This document shows, piece after piece, positions 62,186 through 64,000 of a stretch of 64,000 bases of DNA (positions are counted from its first letter, which is position 1; each line of letters starts with the position of its first letter). The position numbers and the translations under genes are program-made. The notes below the pieces were generated by a model. The model made no database searches and had not been told where the DNA came from. It saw nothing but the letters and a program-made list of their open reading frames with translations. The stretch lies in assembly GCA_963663475.2 (NCBI GenBank), contig CAXXJV010000001.1, positions 736,001-800,000 on the forward strand, written 5' to 3'. This DNA comes from Candidatus Cloacimonadales bacterium (GTDB taxonomy: Bacteria > Cloacimonadota > Cloacimonadia > Cloacimonadales > JAFGVF01).

Positions 62186-62409
62186 TACATTTTATATGGT
62201 TAGGAAAAATACTGTCAATAATAATTTTTTATAAATTAGAAAATAGGGCATTTTTAACTTGTGAAAAAGAGGCATTATTACCTTAATAAGTGAATAAAAT
62301 ACGCTAATAAAAAAAATATTCTTTTTAGTGTTATGCTTATGAAAAAACTAAAATTACTTAATAAAATGTTGCCAACTTTGAAATTAAAGTTATTTTTTTA
62401 ATAAAGGAG

Positions 62410-63180
62410 ATGCTTGTGCTTAATATTGAATACTGGTCTATGTCAAAAAAAGGAAAAAAACATACTGTAAACGAAGATAAAAGCTACAATGCTGATATGA
62501 TTAATACCTTCAATACTGGCTTATTCCTAGTATGTGATGGTGTTGGAGGTTATGCTGGAGGTGATATAGCCTCTTTCAAAGTTGCTGATAAATTCTCATT
62601 ACGTTTCTCTACTATTAGAGAAAATACGAGTGATATAGAGGGTTTTATTAGCCAAACAATTAACGAAGTTAATAATGAAATCATTAACTATGCCCAGCAA
62701 AACCCTTTATACTCAAAACTAGCAAGTACCTTAGTAGGCCTGATTATTGTAAATGAAAAGTATTACTCTTTTAGTGTTGGCGATAGTAGAATCTACTTAA
62801 GAGATAAGGTCGGCTTTAGGCAAATAAATGAAGACGATAGCAGAGTCTGGGAACGCTATAAGGCTGGTATTATTAAAAAATCAGAAATAATCAAACAAAC
62901 AGATAAAAATATTATAACCGCAGCAATAGGATTTAGAGAGCAAGTAGAACCCCATTTCTATTCAGGAAGTTTAACAGGTTATTTTCAATTTATCTTATGC
63001 TCAGATGGCTTAACAGATTTTGTTACTGAAGGAGATATTGAAAAGATTCTTTCTCAAGATAAATCTTTGAGAGATAAATGTAGTGACCTGATAAAGAAAG
63101 CTTTAGATAATGGGTCTTATGATGATATCACTGTTACTCTTATTGAAGGAGATCGCCAGTTAGCAGGTTGGTCGCAATAA
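62410..63180 (+). CDS. PP2C/PPM-family Ser/Thr protein phosphatase
   Basis: NED, VCDGVGG, VGDSR-Y, CSDGL and G--DDIT motifs; AAGGAG RBS-like sequence. Confidence 0.92.
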   Translation: MLVLNIEYWSMSKKGKKHTVNEDKSYNADMINTFNTGLFLVCDGVGGYAGGDIASFKVADKFSLRFSTIRENTSDIEGFISQTINEVNNEIINYAQQNPLYSKLASTLVGLIIVNEKYYSFSVGDSRIYLRDKVGFRQINEDDSRVWERYKAGIIKKSEIIKQTDKNIITAAIGFREQVEPHFYSGSLTGYFQFILCSDGLTDFVTEGDIEKILSQDKSLRDKCSDLIKKALDNGSYDDITVTLIEGDRQLAGWSQ

Positions 63181-63418
63181 GTACTTGCTTTGCTTATCGG
63201 AATGTAAGGCAAGATTCAGGTTAGATGGATAAATGATTCCAAGATTAACAAAAAATAAAAAAAATGTTTGACACCTAATCATAATTAATCTGAAATAAGA
63301 AAATGAGAGAAGACTAGATAAATAATAAAATTAACTAAAATGATATAAGTCCCTTTGTTTTTATTTGTTATGACTTGTGAAATAAGTTTAGATTAGTTTT
63401 ACTATTAAAAAGGAAACA

Positions 63419-64000
63419 ATGCATAAAAAACATAAACAGAATCTTACCACTTCGCTAGTATTTGTTATCTTGATTAGCTATATGCTTTTCTTTCTAAGTG
63501 CTCAATATCGCTCAGTTAGAGAAATGGAAGAAAGGTCTATTAAAGATTTAAACAATCAGCTAAAGAAAGAAGTTATTTCTTTAGAATACTGGAATATTAT
63601 ATGTAAAAAGAATATTGAAGTGTTAAGTGATAATCCACAATTTAATGACTTTTTAAAAGGCTATGGGAAGGATGCAATAGACTTTGATGACTTAGCTCAA
63701 AGAAAAGACAAGGCTTTAAAAGTTTTTTCAAATTATATAGCTAAAGAATCCATTAATGGCAAAAAACTCTTTCGCAGAATAGTCTTCCTTAATAGTGACG
63801 ATATGCCAATTTTCGAAGTGAAAGATCTAGACGATAACCAGAGATTGGATTTCTTAAAATATAAAAATTACTATTCTTTAGCAAGAACAACTACCTACCT
63901 AACTGTCTTTTTCCAGCAAGATAATTATTATTTCTTAATTATTCATCCTTATTTTAATAATGGAGAATATTATGGAAATCTAATTGCTGAAATTAATGAA
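63419..64000 (+). CDS. Membrane-anchored sensor protein, 3' partial (N-terminal TM plus extracytoplasmic Cache-like region)
   Basis: AGGA RBS and ATG at 63419; frame is open to the window end (MHKKHKQNLTTSLVFVILISYMLFFL...NGEYYGNLIAEINE). Confidence 0.6.
   Translation, partial: MHKKHKQNLTTSLVFVILISYMLFFLSAQYRSVREMEERSIKDLNNQLKKEVISLEYWNIICKKNIEVLSDNPQFNDFLKGYGKDAIDFDDLAQRKDKALKVFSNYIAKESINGKKLFRRIVFLNSDDMPIFEVKDLDDNQRLDFLKYKNYYSLARTTTYLTVFFQQDNYYFLIIHPYFNNGEYYGNLIAEINE

Overview
Low-GC bacterial chromosomal window; the lineage looks FCB-like, possibly Cloacimonadota, which is inferred from protein style and not verified. From left to right it holds: (1) the tail of a surface-polysaccharide cluster (sugar transferase, GxxExxY nuclease-fold gene, UDP-glucuronate epimerase, VanZ) whose intergenic spaces are filled with periodic and inverted-repeat modules; (2) murA-mnmA-BASS transporter-methyltransferase; (3) the core tRNA(Thr,Tyr,Gly,Thr)-tuf-rpmG-tRNA(Trp)-secE-nusG-rplKAJL-rpoBC-rpsLG cluster, which terminates without fusA; (4) a LytS/LytTR pair and a TetR-HlyD-ABC exporter; (5) minus-strand DUF355-thpR-recA-recX and acyP-nlpD-like-sigma-ptb operons; (6) MATE/TetR and ppx-DUF47-pit; (7) an intact IS21 inserted in a 53-bp palindromic tandem array, next to an internally deleted IS1182-like element; (8) an MrfA/MrfB-like helicase-exonuclease pair with an HNH domain inserted in the helicase; (9) a PP2C phosphatase and a partial sensor gene. 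The most notable observations are a ribosomal L7/L12 C-terminal-domain-like insert in RpoB beside the CarD/Mfd docking strand, a GxxExxY gene flanked by direct repeats and associated with a 9-bp-periodic inverted-repeat family, polarized leader-bearing 53-bp REP-like arrays that are not CRISPR, a MITE family with an empty/filled site pair, a large insertion in the RpoC jaw, and a candidate ~95-nt sRNA. All calls were made by eye from the sequence and the ORF track; no searches were run.
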